NCBI GenBank assembly: GCA_964485795.1
Contig: CAZAJQ010000005.1
Coordinates: 4,678-68,677, forward strand
Source: an uncultured Gammaproteobacteria bacterium
GTDB lineage: Bacteria > Patescibacteriota > Patescibacteriia > VMEV01 > CAZAJQ01
Length of the DNA: 64,000 nucleotides
Reading direction: 5' to 3'
A program made the position numbers and the translations under genes. Below the pieces are notes generated by a model. The model ran no database searches, was not told the origin of the DNA, and worked only from the letters and a program-made list of their open reading frames with translations. Positions 18,146 to 30,200 of the stretch are shown here, in pieces (position 1 is the stretch's first letter; each line of letters opens with the position of its first letter).

Positions 18146-19483
18146 ATGTTCGAAAAATATTTCCAAGCCGTACAATACTTGCGCTCGCTGCACAATCTCG
18201 GCGATCAACCGGATTATATGAAAGGAAATCCTCGCCCCGAGATTTTCAATCTTCGTTTGCGTCATTTTTTGGCGCTTATCGGCGATCCTCACAAAAATCA
18301 ACGTTATATCCATATCACCGGCACCAGCGGGAAAGGATCGGTCACGGCCATGACGCAGAGCATACTTGCCTCGGCGGGGTTCAGATGCGGCGCTTTTTTT
18401 TCACCCTTTCCGACGACAACGATCGAGCTTATCAAAATCAACGATCAATACATCGCTCCGGACGAGTTAGCCGACTTGCTCGAAAGCATGAAACCCTCAA
18501 TAGAAAAATGCTACTTCAAGTCGCCCTTCGGCAGACCGTCGTATTATGAAATCGTCTTCGCTCTCGCCTTGTTGTATTTCAAAAAACGTCAATGCGACTT
18601 CATCTGTCTCGAAGTCATGTGCGGTGGGAAATACGACGCGACCAATATCATCGAAAATCCGCTTATCACCGTCATCACGAATATCGGACTCGATCATATG
18701 AAAATATTGGGGAATACGAGAAAAAAAATCGCGACCGACAAAGCCGGAATCATTAAAAAGGGATCGATGTGCATCACTGCGGAAAAACGAAAATCGTTGC
18801 GGAATATTTTTCAAAATGTTTGTAACGTTCAAAAAGCGAATTTTACGTTTATTGACGGCAGCGTCTCAAATGTTCAAACATTTAAGGACCGAACGGAATT
18901 TCATTTCCGCGAGAAACCTTATACCGTATCGCTGCTGGGCGAGCATCAAGCGGAAAATGCCGGTATCGCGATCGAAACGGCGCATCATCTCGGAATGAAA
19001 CAAAAGGATATCGTCAGAGGACTTTTCGAAACTTTTATCCCGATTCGAATGGAAATCATTGAGTCGAAGCCGCTGACGATCATCGACGGCGCGCATAACT
19101 CGGAAAAAATATCTGCCATGATAGAAACGCTTTCCACTTTTTCATATCAAAATCTGCATCTCGTTTTCACACTTTCCGAAGGAAAGCCGCTCCGAGACAT
19201 CATCAAACAACTTTCACTTCTCAAACCTCAAGTGTATCTCACGCGATTTGAAACCCAACATCGAAATATCGAAAGCATGAAAAAAATGAAAAATGAATTT
19301 GAACGAAACGGGATAACAAAAATTCACACTTTTTTTGAGCCTGCCCGCGCCCTGAAAACGGCAAAAAAAAACGCGGAGAGAAACGATCTTATTCTCATCA
19401 CCGGCTCCATGTACCTGTGCGGAGAGCTTCGAACGCATTGGATTTCAGAACATGATATATTAAAAAAACGCGCATCAAGATGA
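18146..19483 (+). CDS. folC: Folylpolyglutamate synthase/dihydrofolate synthase family (Mur ligase fold)
   Basis: IHITGTSGKGS, EV..GG.YDATN, ITNIGLDH..ILG, DGAHN, ITGSMYL.GE. Confidence 0.9.
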   Translation: MFEKYFQAVQYLRSLHNLGDQPDYMKGNPRPEIFNLRLRHFLALIGDPHKNQRYIHITGTSGKGSVTAMTQSILASAGFRCGAFFSPFPTTTIELIKINDQYIAPDELADLLESMKPSIEKCYFKSPFGRPSYYEIVFALALLYFKKRQCDFICLEVMCGGKYDATNIIENPLITVITNIGLDHMKILGNTRKKIATDKAGIIKKGSMCITAEKRKSLRNIFQNVCNVQKANFTFIDGSVSNVQTFKDRTEFHFREKPYTVSLLGEHQAENAGIAIETAHHLGMKQKDIVRGLFETFIPIRMEIIESKPLTIIDGAHNSEKISAMIETLSTFSYQNLHLVFTLSEGKPLRDIIKQLSLLKPQVYLTRFETQHRNIESMKKMKNEFERNGITKIHTFFEPARALKTAKKNAERNDLILITGSMYLCGELRTHWISEHDILKKRASR

Positions 19484-19513
19484 TTTGACAGGAATTTTGC
19501 AAACGTGTTATGA

Positions 19514-21727
19514 ATGACGCTCGCAAGTAAAAAAATCAGTTCACAACCGCATACATTAACAAGCATTATAAAAGTCTGCATAGGGGAATCGCCGACAAAG
19601 GCGAAGACCCTTACGAAATTCCTGTCGGCCGACTATAAGGTCATATCGTCGTTTGGTCATGTGCGCGATTTGCCGAAATCAAAAATCGGCGTGGATGTGG
19701 AACATGATTTCACGCCGCAATACGTGATCCCCCCCAAGGCAAAAAAACATGTCAAAGAAATCCATGAACTCGCTCAAAAAGCCGATGAAGTCATCCTCGC
19801 CACCGATGAAGACCGCGAAGGAGAAGCGATCGCTTGGCATCTGCTTACGGCCGCAAAACTCGAGGCAAAGCCCCATCAGCGCATCGTATTCCATGAAATC
19901 ACCAAGAAAGCCATCGAAGCGGCCCTCAAAAATCCGCGAACGATACAGATGGATCTGGTGAACGCCCAGCAGGCGCGAAGAATCCTCGATCGTCTCGTGG
20001 GTTACGAACTTTCTCCTCTGCTTTGGAAAAAAATCGCTCGAGGCCTCTCGGCGGGACGCGTACAATCCGTGGCCGTGCGTCTCATCGTGGAACGCGAACG
20101 CGAAATAGAACAATTCAAACCTCAGGAATATTGGTCCATAAACGCGAATTTTCAAAAAGACGGCATTGATTTTTCCGCATCGCTCGTCAAAAAAGACGGA
20201 AAAAAACTGGATAAATTCGCGATTCCGTCGCAAACCGACACGCAAATGATCGTCAATGACCTCTCAGGGTCGAAATATATCGTGTCAACGATCGATAAAA
20301 AGGAAATCAAAAAACGTCCTCTGCCTCCCTATACGACGAGTACCTTGCAGCAGGATGCCTCCAATAAACTCGGCTACTCGGCCAAGCAAACCATGATGCT
20401 GGCGCAAAAACTTTACGAATCCGGATATATCACCTATATGAGAACGGATTCGCAAAACCTTTCCGCCGACGCGGTCGCCAATGCAAGAACCTTCATCGAA
20501 AATAATTTTGGAGCCGCGTACCTGCCGGATGCTCCGATATTCTATAAAACTTCAAAAAAAGGAGCGCAGGAAGCCCATGAAGCCATTCGCCCAACAAATC
20601 CGACCGCGAAAAAAATCGATAATCTCGAGCCCAAACAAGCCAAAATCTATGATCTTATCTGGAGCCGCATGATGGCCTGCCAAATGACCCCGGCGATTTT
20701 TGATTCGACGGCCGTCGAGATCAGTGCGAGCAACTACACTTTCAAAGCCAATGGATCAATTTTGAAATTTGACGGCTATCAAAAAGTCTATCGCATGCAA
20801 AGCAAAGAAACCGTCTTGCCCGCATTGAAAACGCAAGAAATTTTGGACTTCAAATCTTTGACTCCGGAGCAACACCACACCGAACCGCCCGCTCGATACA
20901 CCGAGGCCGGACTTGTCAAAACTCTCGAAGAATACGGAATAGGCCGCCCGTCGACCTATGCGCCCACGATCAGCACGATTCAGGAACGCAATTATGTCAT
21001 CAAAAACGAAGACAAGCGCTTCGTACCGACGGATATCGGAAAAACCGTGAATGATATGCTGGTGGAACATTTCCCAAACATCGTCGATAGGGAATTTACC
21101 GCTCACATGGAAGAAGATCTTGACGCGATCGCCGAGCACGGGAAAAACTGGGTGAATATTCTTCAAAATTTTTACCGACCTTTCAAAAGCAACCTTGCGG
21201 AAAAAGAGAATATCCTCTCAAAAAAAGAACTTACCGAACAGAAAACCGATGAACTCTGCGACAAATGCGGATCGCCGATGGTGATCAAAGTCGGAAGGTT
21301 CGGAAAATTTCTGGCTTGCAGCAACTATCCGGACTGCAAGAATACCAAACCGCTCGGCGAGGACGGGAAAAAAGAAGAACCCGAAGTGACCGAAGAAAAG
21401 TGCGACAAATGCGGGTCGCCGATGGTGATCAAGCATGGCAGATACGGGAAATTCCTCGGGTGCAGCCGCTATCCTGAATGCAAAAACATCAAAGCCATCA
21501 CCAAAGGAACCGGGGTCGCATGTGCCAAATGCGGCGTCGGTGAAATCGTCGAAAAGAAAAGTAAAAAAGGTCGCATGTTTTATGCTTGCAATCAATATCC
21601 CTCCTGTGACTTTGCGTTGTGGTCCAAGCCTACCGGTGACAAATGTAAAATCTGCGGATCTCTCATGATCGCGGCTGGAAAAAATAAGACAAAATGCTCA
21701 AACAAGGAATGCGAAAAATCCAAATAA
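19514..21727 (+). CDS. topA: DNA topoisomerase I (start codon uncertain)
   Basis: ESPTKAKT, GHVRDLP, ATDEDREGEAIAWHL, SAGRVQS, ITYMRTDS, GIGRPSTY, C-terminal Zn ribbons. Confidence 0.97.
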   Translation: MTLASKKISSQPHTLTSIIKVCIGESPTKAKTLTKFLSADYKVISSFGHVRDLPKSKIGVDVEHDFTPQYVIPPKAKKHVKEIHELAQKADEVILATDEDREGEAIAWHLLTAAKLEAKPHQRIVFHEITKKAIEAALKNPRTIQMDLVNAQQARRILDRLVGYELSPLLWKKIARGLSAGRVQSVAVRLIVEREREIEQFKPQEYWSINANFQKDGIDFSASLVKKDGKKLDKFAIPSQTDTQMIVNDLSGSKYIVSTIDKKEIKKRPLPPYTTSTLQQDASNKLGYSAKQTMMLAQKLYESGYITYMRTDSQNLSADAVANARTFIENNFGAAYLPDAPIFYKTSKKGAQEAHEAIRPTNPTAKKIDNLEPKQAKIYDLIWSRMMACQMTPAIFDSTAVEISASNYTFKANGSILKFDGYQKVYRMQSKETVLPALKTQEILDFKSLTPEQHHTEPPARYTEAGLVKTLEEYGIGRPSTYAPTISTIQERNYVIKNEDKRFVPTDIGKTVNDMLVEHFPNIVDREFTAHMEEDLDAIAEHGKNWVNILQNFYRPFKSNLAEKENILSKKELTEQKTDELCDKCGSPMVIKVGRFGKFLACSNYPDCKNTKPLGEDGKKEEPEVTEEKCDKCGSPMVIKHGRYGKFLGCSRYPECKNIKAITKGTGVACAKCGVGEIVEKKSKKGRMFYACNQYPSCDFALWSKPTGDKCKICGSLMIAAGKNKTKCSNKECEKSK

Positions 21728-21822
21728 TGCCCGACCATCAAGCGGCGATTATTTTTTAAAAAAAATTGAAACAAAAAAATCAGCGAGTGTTCGGATTCGG
21801 TGATGAATAATTTTATTTATCT

Positions 21823-22269
21823 ATGAAACTTTCAAGCCCTGCGTTTCAAAATGGCGCCCCCATCCCGTCGAAATACACTTGTGACGGAAAAAATGTAAAT
21901 CCGGAATTCCAAATCTCCGAAGTCCCCGAAGACGCAAAAAGCCTTGCTTTTGTCATGGATGATCCCGATTCCCCGAGCGGGACTTTTGTGCATTGGACAT
22001 TGTGGGACATGCATCCCAAAACGCCGGAAATTCTTGTTGACAGCGTTCCCTTGGCCACGGAAGGCATGACGAGCTTTGGAAAACCGGGATATGGAGGACC
22101 ATGCCCTCAAAGCGGCGAACATCGCTATTTCTTCAAACTTTACGCGCTTGATACGGCACTCAACCTTCCTTCATCGACGGACGTGAAAACATTGATGCAG
22201 TCCATGCAAGGACATATCCTGTCACAGGTAGAACTGATGGGGCGATACGCGAGGGGAAAAAAATCTTAA
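21823..22269 (+). CDS. YbhB/YbcL family PEBP (Raf kinase inhibitor-like) protein
   Basis: YTCDG, DDPDSP.G.F.HW, YGGPCP..G.HRY.FKLYALD. Confidence 0.93.
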   Translation: MKLSSPAFQNGAPIPSKYTCDGKNVNPEFQISEVPEDAKSLAFVMDDPDSPSGTFVHWTLWDMHPKTPEILVDSVPLATEGMTSFGKPGYGGPCPQSGEHRYFFKLYALDTALNLPSSTDVKTLMQSMQGHILSQVELMGRYARGKKS

Positions 22270-22376
22270 ACCTAAAAACTCTCCAGCATCACACGAAACG
22301 ATTCTTATTATTCCGCTTCGTTTCAAAAAAATCCGAAGATCATGAATTTCGTCAGTACCCGAAGGAAACCAAAAAA

Positions 22377-24176
22377 TCAGGGTCGCTGGAATTTTTTTGC
22401 GAGTTCATCCCATGTGATATTCCACATGCAGGGTCTTCCGTGGGGACAAGAGATGACGCGATGTTTCCGAATATCTGAAAGCAAGGCGACTTGTTCCGCT
22501 GAAGTGAGACGATCGCCGAATTTTACCGCCGCACGACATGCGGCGGATTTTTTTATGGCCTCTTTTTTTTCTTCGACGCTCGAAAGTTTCGCGAACGATT
22601 CGTCGCTGATATCCTCCACCATGTCAATGATTACTTTTTTGACGTCTTTGATCACGATCGCGGACGGAACGCCGGAAATCAGAAAAGTGTTGACGCCAAA
22701 AACTTCGATATCAAACCCCACCCCCTTCATCGCGGAAACATGTTCACCGAGGACGGACATTTCTTGCGCCGAAACCTCAAGCGTGATCGGCAACAAAAGC
22801 GCTTGAATTTGCGCATCGACGGTTTCATCGGACATCCGGTCAAAAAGAATACGCTCGGCCGCGGCATGCTGATCGATGATCATGAGATGATGGCACACCT
22901 CCACAAGCAGATACGAATCGTGAATCTGCCCCAAGAGCCGCCATTCATCTTGACTCTCGGTGATCGACGATTGGATCTTTGGCGTTTCCGAAACGATATC
23001 GGTGTCTTGCAACAATGCTTTCTGAAATTTCATTGTTTCGGAAATCGTAACTTGCGAGAAATTTTTCGGCCCGCGCCCAGAGTCTGAAGTTGAAAAGGAT
23101 CCGATTACGGGCGCAGATGGCATTGCTTGCGAATATTGCGACACGGGATTCGTACGAAATGAAAAAACGTCTCTTTTGAAATTTTCGGACTTTCCGTCAT
23201 TTTTCATTTTTTCCTCGACCGCCGAAACGATCAACCGATACACGGTCTGAGGCGCCAAAAATTTCACTTCGCTTTTTCGCGGATGCACATTCACATCGAG
23301 CAAATGCGGGGAAACATCCAAACGACAAACAAAAACGGGATATTCGCCTTTGGGTATCACGTTCGCAAAGGCATCTTTGAAGGCTCTTGATATCATCGCA
23401 TCAAATACCGATCTTTGATTGACAAAGAGAAATTGGCTTTGCCGATGGGCTCGATGAATGCGAGGATCCGCAAAAAATCCGGAGACCTCATAGTCCGCAA
23501 TTTTTTTTTGAAATGAAACGAGATTCTTTCCAACTTCGGAGCCGAGCACCTCTTTCACCCTTTCCATCCAAAGGTTTTGAGGAAAATAATGAACGACTTT
23601 TTTCCCGTTGTGAAAACATTGAAAACCTTTTTGAAAAAATAAAAGGGAAAAATCCGTAAAAATTTTCAAGCAATGCGAAAATTCGGTGCTTTCGTTTTTC
23701 AAAAATTTTTTTCGAGCCGGAATATTGTAAAAAAGATCATCCACGATCACCGTCGTTCCGTCCGGCAAGGCACTTTCGCTGAAGCGTCTTTCTCCTCCGT
23801 CCATGCTCGCTTGGGATCCGGTCAGGTCGCTTCGAGATTTGGTTTGCAAGGTGAATTTCGAGACGCTTGATATGGAAGCCAACGCTTCGCCTCGAAACCC
23901 AAACGTATTCAATCGATAAAGATCATCGATACTTTCGATCTTGCTCGTCGCATACCGCTCAAGACCGTTGATCACGTCATCGCGACGCATGCCGATGCCA
24001 TCATCCGTCATGCGAATAAACCGTTTTCCGCCGTCTCGCAGCTCGAGGATGATGTTACTCGCTTGGGCATCAAGCGCGTTTTCGATGAGCTCTTTCACGA
24101 CGCTTCCGGGTCTTTCCACGACCTCGCCGGCCGCGATTTTATTGATAACGTCTTGGGAAAGTTTTGTTATGGGCAT
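22377..24176 (-). CDS. mutL: DNA mismatch repair endonuclease MutL
   Basis: IAAGEVVERP.SVVKELIENALDA, GFRGEALASI, DVNVHP.K.EV, DQHAAAER, ACR.AVK, CPHGRP. Confidence 0.98.
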   Translation of the reverse strand: MPITKLSQDVINKIAAGEVVERPGSVVKELIENALDAQASNIILELRDGGKRFIRMTDDGIGMRRDDVINGLERYATSKIESIDDLYRLNTFGFRGEALASISSVSKFTLQTKSRSDLTGSQASMDGGERRFSESALPDGTTVIVDDLFYNIPARKKFLKNESTEFSHCLKIFTDFSLLFFQKGFQCFHNGKKVVHYFPQNLWMERVKEVLGSEVGKNLVSFQKKIADYEVSGFFADPRIHRAHRQSQFLFVNQRSVFDAMISRAFKDAFANVIPKGEYPVFVCRLDVSPHLLDVNVHPRKSEVKFLAPQTVYRLIVSAVEEKMKNDGKSENFKRDVFSFRTNPVSQYSQAMPSAPVIGSFSTSDSGRGPKNFSQVTISETMKFQKALLQDTDIVSETPKIQSSITESQDEWRLLGQIHDSYLLVEVCHHLMIIDQHAAAERILFDRMSDETVDAQIQALLLPITLEVSAQEMSVLGEHVSAMKGVGFDIEVFGVNTFLISGVPSAIVIKDVKKVIIDMVEDISDESFAKLSSVEEKKEAIKKSAACRAAVKFGDRLTSAEQVALLSDIRKHRVISCPHGRPCMWNITWDELAKKFQRP

Positions 24177-24245
24177 ACTTGTCCGATAAACGAATACGCT
24201 CTTTTTTCCAAAGAGCGTATTCAAAGTGAAAAAATGGTTGCATCG

Positions 24246-27200
24246 CTACAGGACGGACTGTTTTTTCATAGCGACATCGACATTGACGATGGCCTCGTCT
24301 TTTTTGATGTCCAGCACTTGATTGGCCTTGTACACAGGGTGGTCGCTTCTCAAAGCCTTTGCCTCCGACAGAGGTTCATATCCGGTCTTTTTCACCTGCA
24401 GCTGATACTTCCCGGCTTTCGGCAGAAAATGGTACCTCCCCTCATAATCCGTAAGCCTTGATTTTAAGAGCTTCCCATACTCCGCGTCAATAATATTGAT
24501 CACCGCCAGCGCTATCGGCATCCTTGTGGCTGCATCGTACACCACTCCCCATGAACGGAGCGCCTTGGGACTGAATACCTTTTGCGCCAACCCAAACATC
24601 ACGTACAGCCAGAGTATCACCGTATTCGTCAGATTGAAACTTCCATACGTCAGAAGCACGCTTCCCGTCAACCCTATCCACAGTACCGGGCCGGATACCT
24701 TCCGTATGGCCGCCTTCATCTCGTACCATATATTCCCAAGAACGCTCATCGCAAGCTTTTCTTCCTTCACATCCGTCGGGTCTATCGGAATATTCACTCG
24801 TATGGTCACTCCTTCCCTCCCCAGCGTCAACGCTCCTCCAAGGTACAAATCTTCATATCCCGCATCCGCTCTCGTTCCAGCGGGAATCAGCTTCGATATC
24901 CCGGCATATCCCTGCTTTTGCACCTCAAGTCGATACCTTCCCTCCTTCACGAGGAATCCCAATCGACCTTGTCCGTCGGTGACGGTCGTGGAAATCAGAC
25001 GCGGTTTGGCGTTTGGCGTAGCCGTATCAACGCTGTACAATCTCACGATGGCCAATGACACCGGTTCCTTCGTGATGCTGTCATACACGACTCCCCAAGG
25101 TTGTTTCTTCTTCTTGATCCCCAGTACCGAGAGCAGCCATGAGATGAAATGATACAGGTATGCCCAGATATGCGGAATATTCGCCGCTATCGCGGGGTTC
25201 AGCAACGTCACCACCGGCGCTATAGCGATCAAGGCCACCTGGCTTGGCTTCTCCACCTTTTGTATATTCTCTTTCACTGCCAATGCGCTCTCTTTGAGTA
25301 TCCTCACCGCTTCCTGCGCCGTGATTTGCACCAAACTTTGTTCTTCCGGAATCGATATTTCCTTCCATCTCACCAGTCCTTCGAGGCTTGCGTTTCCCAA
25401 AGTGACTCTTTCGCTTCTCAGTCTTCCTTTTCGCAGCTCCGCCGTCACCGCTACGCTCTTTCGCTTTTGCGCTTCCTCCGACGTGATCGCAATCTCATCA
25501 TAGGGCACATACAGTTTCCAATTCCCATTTTCATCACTTTGCACTCGGAACGTCCCGTATTCTCCAAACGTCACATACACTTCGCTTCCCGGCGTCGCCG
25601 TTCCGGACATGGTAAATCCTTCGCTTCCGGCGTCTATGCTTCCAGTGATCGAGAATCCTTCTTCGATCAACGCCTGCTCCTCGGCCGTCGCATCTTGCGG
25701 CAATTCACCGACTCCGATACCTCCGTTTTCAAACGTTGTTTGCCCTTGCGGGTATCCTCCGACAGGGCCTTCTCCTCCCGGCTGCGTCCCGGGCTCGCTT
25801 CCCGGCTTCTTGCCGGCTTCTTCGCTCGGCGGGGATACCGGCTCGGGCGGCACTTCCGCAACAGTTTGCGGCTTGGGTGCTTCCACGATATCCACCCCTA
25901 CCGGCGTTTCTATCACTCTTTCCTGCGGAACCTCCTCCGTCGGAGGCGCTTCCTCACTCGGCACTTCGGGTTGCGGTGGACAATTTTCTTTACACGGTTC
26001 GGTCGGCAACGGCGATATCGGCAGCTGCGACGGCGGTATCACGCTTCTCTCTATCCCGCTTTCCGTGATCCCAAAGTACTTGCTCGTCACAGCGATCCCC
26101 GCTCTTCTCGCGTTCGGGTTATTGGGATCCAGCGGCGGATTCAAAGGATTCATCACCAGATTCGAAAACACCGTATTGAACCCTTCCGCATAATTTACAC
26201 TTGCTTGATTGATCAATATCCCGGGCGTTCCCACATTGCTCGGTAATTGTATTTTAAATTCCACATACCCGATCTGATTCACATTCACATTTCCGATGGT
26301 CCATACGCTCGCTCCTCCGGCCGTTGTTCCTCCGTCTCCCACATTTTGTCCGTCTTGCACTCTCGATCCGCTCACATACCCGACCTTGCTTGAAATCGGG
26401 TTGGTGATCACCACTCCCGTGGCTTTTGCGCTTCCCACGTTCTTGTACTGGATCTGATACACGATCGTATCCCCGGGGATCACTTCTTCTCCATTGTCCG
26501 CATACACCTGCTGCGCATACGTTCCCTGTTTCAGAAACATGATTCCCAAGATACCTTCCGCCATTACAACGACGCTTGCTATCCCCACCCATGCATGCAC
26601 CAAACGATGATGTCTTCTATGCACTCCGAAACTGCTGAAAAACGTCCCGTTCTTGTGTCTCTTCGCCACACTCTCAAACACCTCCACCGGATTTCCCGTC
26701 ACGATTTGTTTTTTAAACTTCATCACCAGCTTCATCTTCTGCCACCACGTGTATTTCCTTCTCCCGCTCAACAGTCCGGCGTTCTTGATCAATATTCTCA
26801 TCGAGTGCAACACCCCGTACAGCAATCCGCAGAGAACCATTCCGAGGATGATGAAAAGTATTTTCCCCCACTCTTTCTGAAAAGCGTATCCTGACACTTT
26901 CGCACGTTTCACCGTCTCTCTTGCGTTTGAAAGCTGTGCATCGACAACTTCTTCGGCCGCTTGCGCTTCGGGGATTTGCCCGAGCTGAGCACTGACTACT
27001 GATTGCTGACTCGGTATCACCCCCACATTCAGCGCTATCACCATCCTCGGGGGATTGATCTGCTGAGTTTTGACCGGAAGTTTGAAGCTGTACACCGTCT
27101 CCAATCCGTCCCCGTTTCTTGTCTTCACTCGAAATTCATACACCGTATTGGGTGTCAGATTGCTGAATTTGTAAAAACTCTTCTGCAGCCATCCGCTCGT

Positions 27201-30200
27201 CTGGATATTCCCGTTGCTCGTATTCACCGCTTCATAGAAATATGCCGTTTGTCCTCGGTAATCCTGCACTTGCTTGAGCACATCTCCTTCCGTGATCTGC
27301 TCCACATCCGCGGTGATGGTGTACCCGGCCGCTTGCGCTTGCGAGACGTCTATCACTCCATCCACTTGTATCTCGATTTCCCTGTCGCTGACCTGGATCG
27401 GTTGCACTCCTTTGGGAACTTCCGCGAGGGTGTACACGGTGGCGGTGTTTGACGCAGACGAGCTCCCCACCACGTTGAACGATTTCACTCGTCTCGTGTA
27501 TTTCGTATTGGCTTTGAGTCCGGTTTCTTCGAGGAAGGAAAGATCGCTCGTCGCATTCGGCAACGTGTCCAGAACTTTATTCCCGTTCGCATCCTCCAGT
27601 ATGAATCCCGTTTCATTGCTCGCCGTATCCGTGAAATTCCATCGTATCACGCTGCCGCTCAAGGGTGTCGGAACTCCGATAACCGGTCCCGACGGCGCGC
27701 TCGGCACCACGGGTATGCTTCCTCCCTTCGTGTAATTGAATGATGACGTTTGTCCGCATACTCCGATATTCCCGTCATTTGGCTCTATGGCAAAGATCAG
27801 ATTTTGCTGACTGCTCGTGAAATCCACTCCCGTATTCCACACGTATACATGGTCGGCTCCGGGCGTAAGCGCCGTGCTCAAACTCGTCACTCCTTGCGAT
27901 GCAGGGCTGGTCGCCGCCGTGTCTTCCGTAAGCGGGCTGACAAAGGTCGTACCTCCGTCCAATGAATACTTCGGCGTGATATTCGCCGTTCCCACCACCG
28001 TGTCGATGAGCTTGTAATTCATCACCACGCTCGATCCGCTCGCCGACGTCGGCGTCGTGATCGTCGCACTTGCGGGGTTGTTGTTATTCAGCTTAAACGT
28101 ATTCGTCGTTCCGGCGGTTCCGGCTCCGTTCAATGCGTCCGAGGGGGTGATGCGAAACTTCATCGTGCTGTTCACCGTACTCGGCAAATTCGTCGCCGAG
28201 GCCCAGATGAAGGTATGCGACACTCCCGCCACGGAACTTGCCAGTCCCGATGTCCCGTCTCCTCCTCCGGACGTCGCCGTATTCCAGCTGCTCCCGTTAT
28301 CCGTCGAATACTGCGCCACTATGCTCAGGCTGTCCGAGTTCGCATCCACAAGGCTGTAGGTGATCGTGATATTTCCGTTCACCGCTCCGCATGATGTCAG
28401 ATTCGTCACCGTCGCCACCGGCGCGTTGTTGTTGTCCACTCGAAAATTCCCCGTCTCTCCGGCCACGCTTCCCCCGTTCAAAGGCGTTACTCGGATGCGG
28501 ATCAAACTGTTATCCGTGTTCGGCGCATCCGTCATCGACGCCCATTGAAACGTTTTACTCGGCGTTCCGTTTGGCGTCGTCGTCTGCGAAATCGTACACG
28601 GTACCGATGATCCCGACGTCGCGCGGCAGCTGTCTCCTCCCGCCGACGTCGCCGCGCTCCAGGTGCTCCCTCCGTTCGTCGAATACTCGATATTGATGCT
28701 TGTGGATGCCGATCCCACGTCTGACAATGTGTAGCTGATCGGGATCGTGCCGCTTTGGCTTCCACTCGGCGTCGTCACCGTCGCATAGACCCCTCCGCTG
28801 CCGGTTCCGGACAAAACGATTTGAAACCCATCTCCTATAGGGTTCTTTTTCGCCCTCATCCTCAAAAGCGCACTCGCGCAACCCGAACACTGTGCGCTTG
28901 CGTCCCACACGAACACATGGGCAGTGCCTGTTCCGGCCGTCGCCGTCAATCCCACTTTGCCTTCCGACGCTCCTCCGCCGTCCGTGGCTGTCGTCCACGT
29001 CACTCCGCTGTCCGTCGAGAATTCCGGTGTGATGTCGTAGGAATTGGTAAATCCGGTGTCCTCGGTGAACAAACGGTGGTTGAAAGTGATATCCGTTGTT
29101 CCTAAAGTTCCCGACGTTGATGTCAATGTCGATCCGATCGTGTCGATGTAGGCCGTGCCTGCGCTACCACCTCCCGCACCGTTCGCAGTGATGTTGCTTG
29201 GTGTTAAACCCAACGCCGTATTCGCGGCATTGTAAATAATGGCAACTCGACCACCGCCTCCATTGCCGGCGCCTCCTGCAGTAACCGTTCCCGCACCCGT
29301 TATGGTGCCGCTTGAAGTTAAAAGTTTCACCGTACCTCCGGCTCCATTCCCTGATCCATCTGCCCGAATCCCTCCGCTCACGGTAATGTTCGTAGCGGAA
29401 ATATTGACAATGCCACCTCCATTTCCACTCGTACCTCCGGAACCGGGTAACGTTGGATTCTCTACGGAATCATAGACTCGGGTTCCCGACGCGCCACTGC
29501 CTGTACCTCCATGACTTCCGTTCGTATCAGCGACAGAATCGCACAATCCGTTGGCGGTATTCAATCGCGCGGTAGGACAGCCTCGCGCGTTCACATCGAT
29601 CAAACCATTCGTATTGACCGTAAGCGCATTCACCACCGTCAAATCCAATTTTCTCGTAACCGTCGACGTGGACGGTAAATGGGTAAGAGCATTGTTTCCG
29701 ACGCCACCGGGATCGTTGATGGTGACATTTTTAAAAGTAATCGCTCCTTCGAGATTTACATATCCAAAAGAAACCGCTAGATTAACGGTGTTTGGATTGA
29801 TCGTCGCAAACATGCTCGATTTTATCATTATCGACCCGGATGCCAACCCGCTGTGATATGTAATACTGTTTGTATCCGTCGTCGTGTTCCGTAAAAGCAC
29901 GGTTCCTCCGCCGGTCCCGGCTTTATCCGTGCCCGATGACCATGAAAAAGCATTAAGCGTAGTCAGAGCATTATCAGTCGTACCCTGAATGAAAATACGT
30001 CCGCCACCTCCTCCACCGGTATCAGTCCTCGCTTCAACGGTTCCTGTGCCTGTGAATGATCCGGTCGCAACCAATTTAATCGCGCCACCGGCAGCATCTC
30101 CGCTGCCTCTATTTGCGCGAATTGTCCCATTGACGACTATATTCCCCCCGGCTGAAATGCGTATCACTCCACCGCCTGCCGCGCCGGCAGCGGAACCGGA

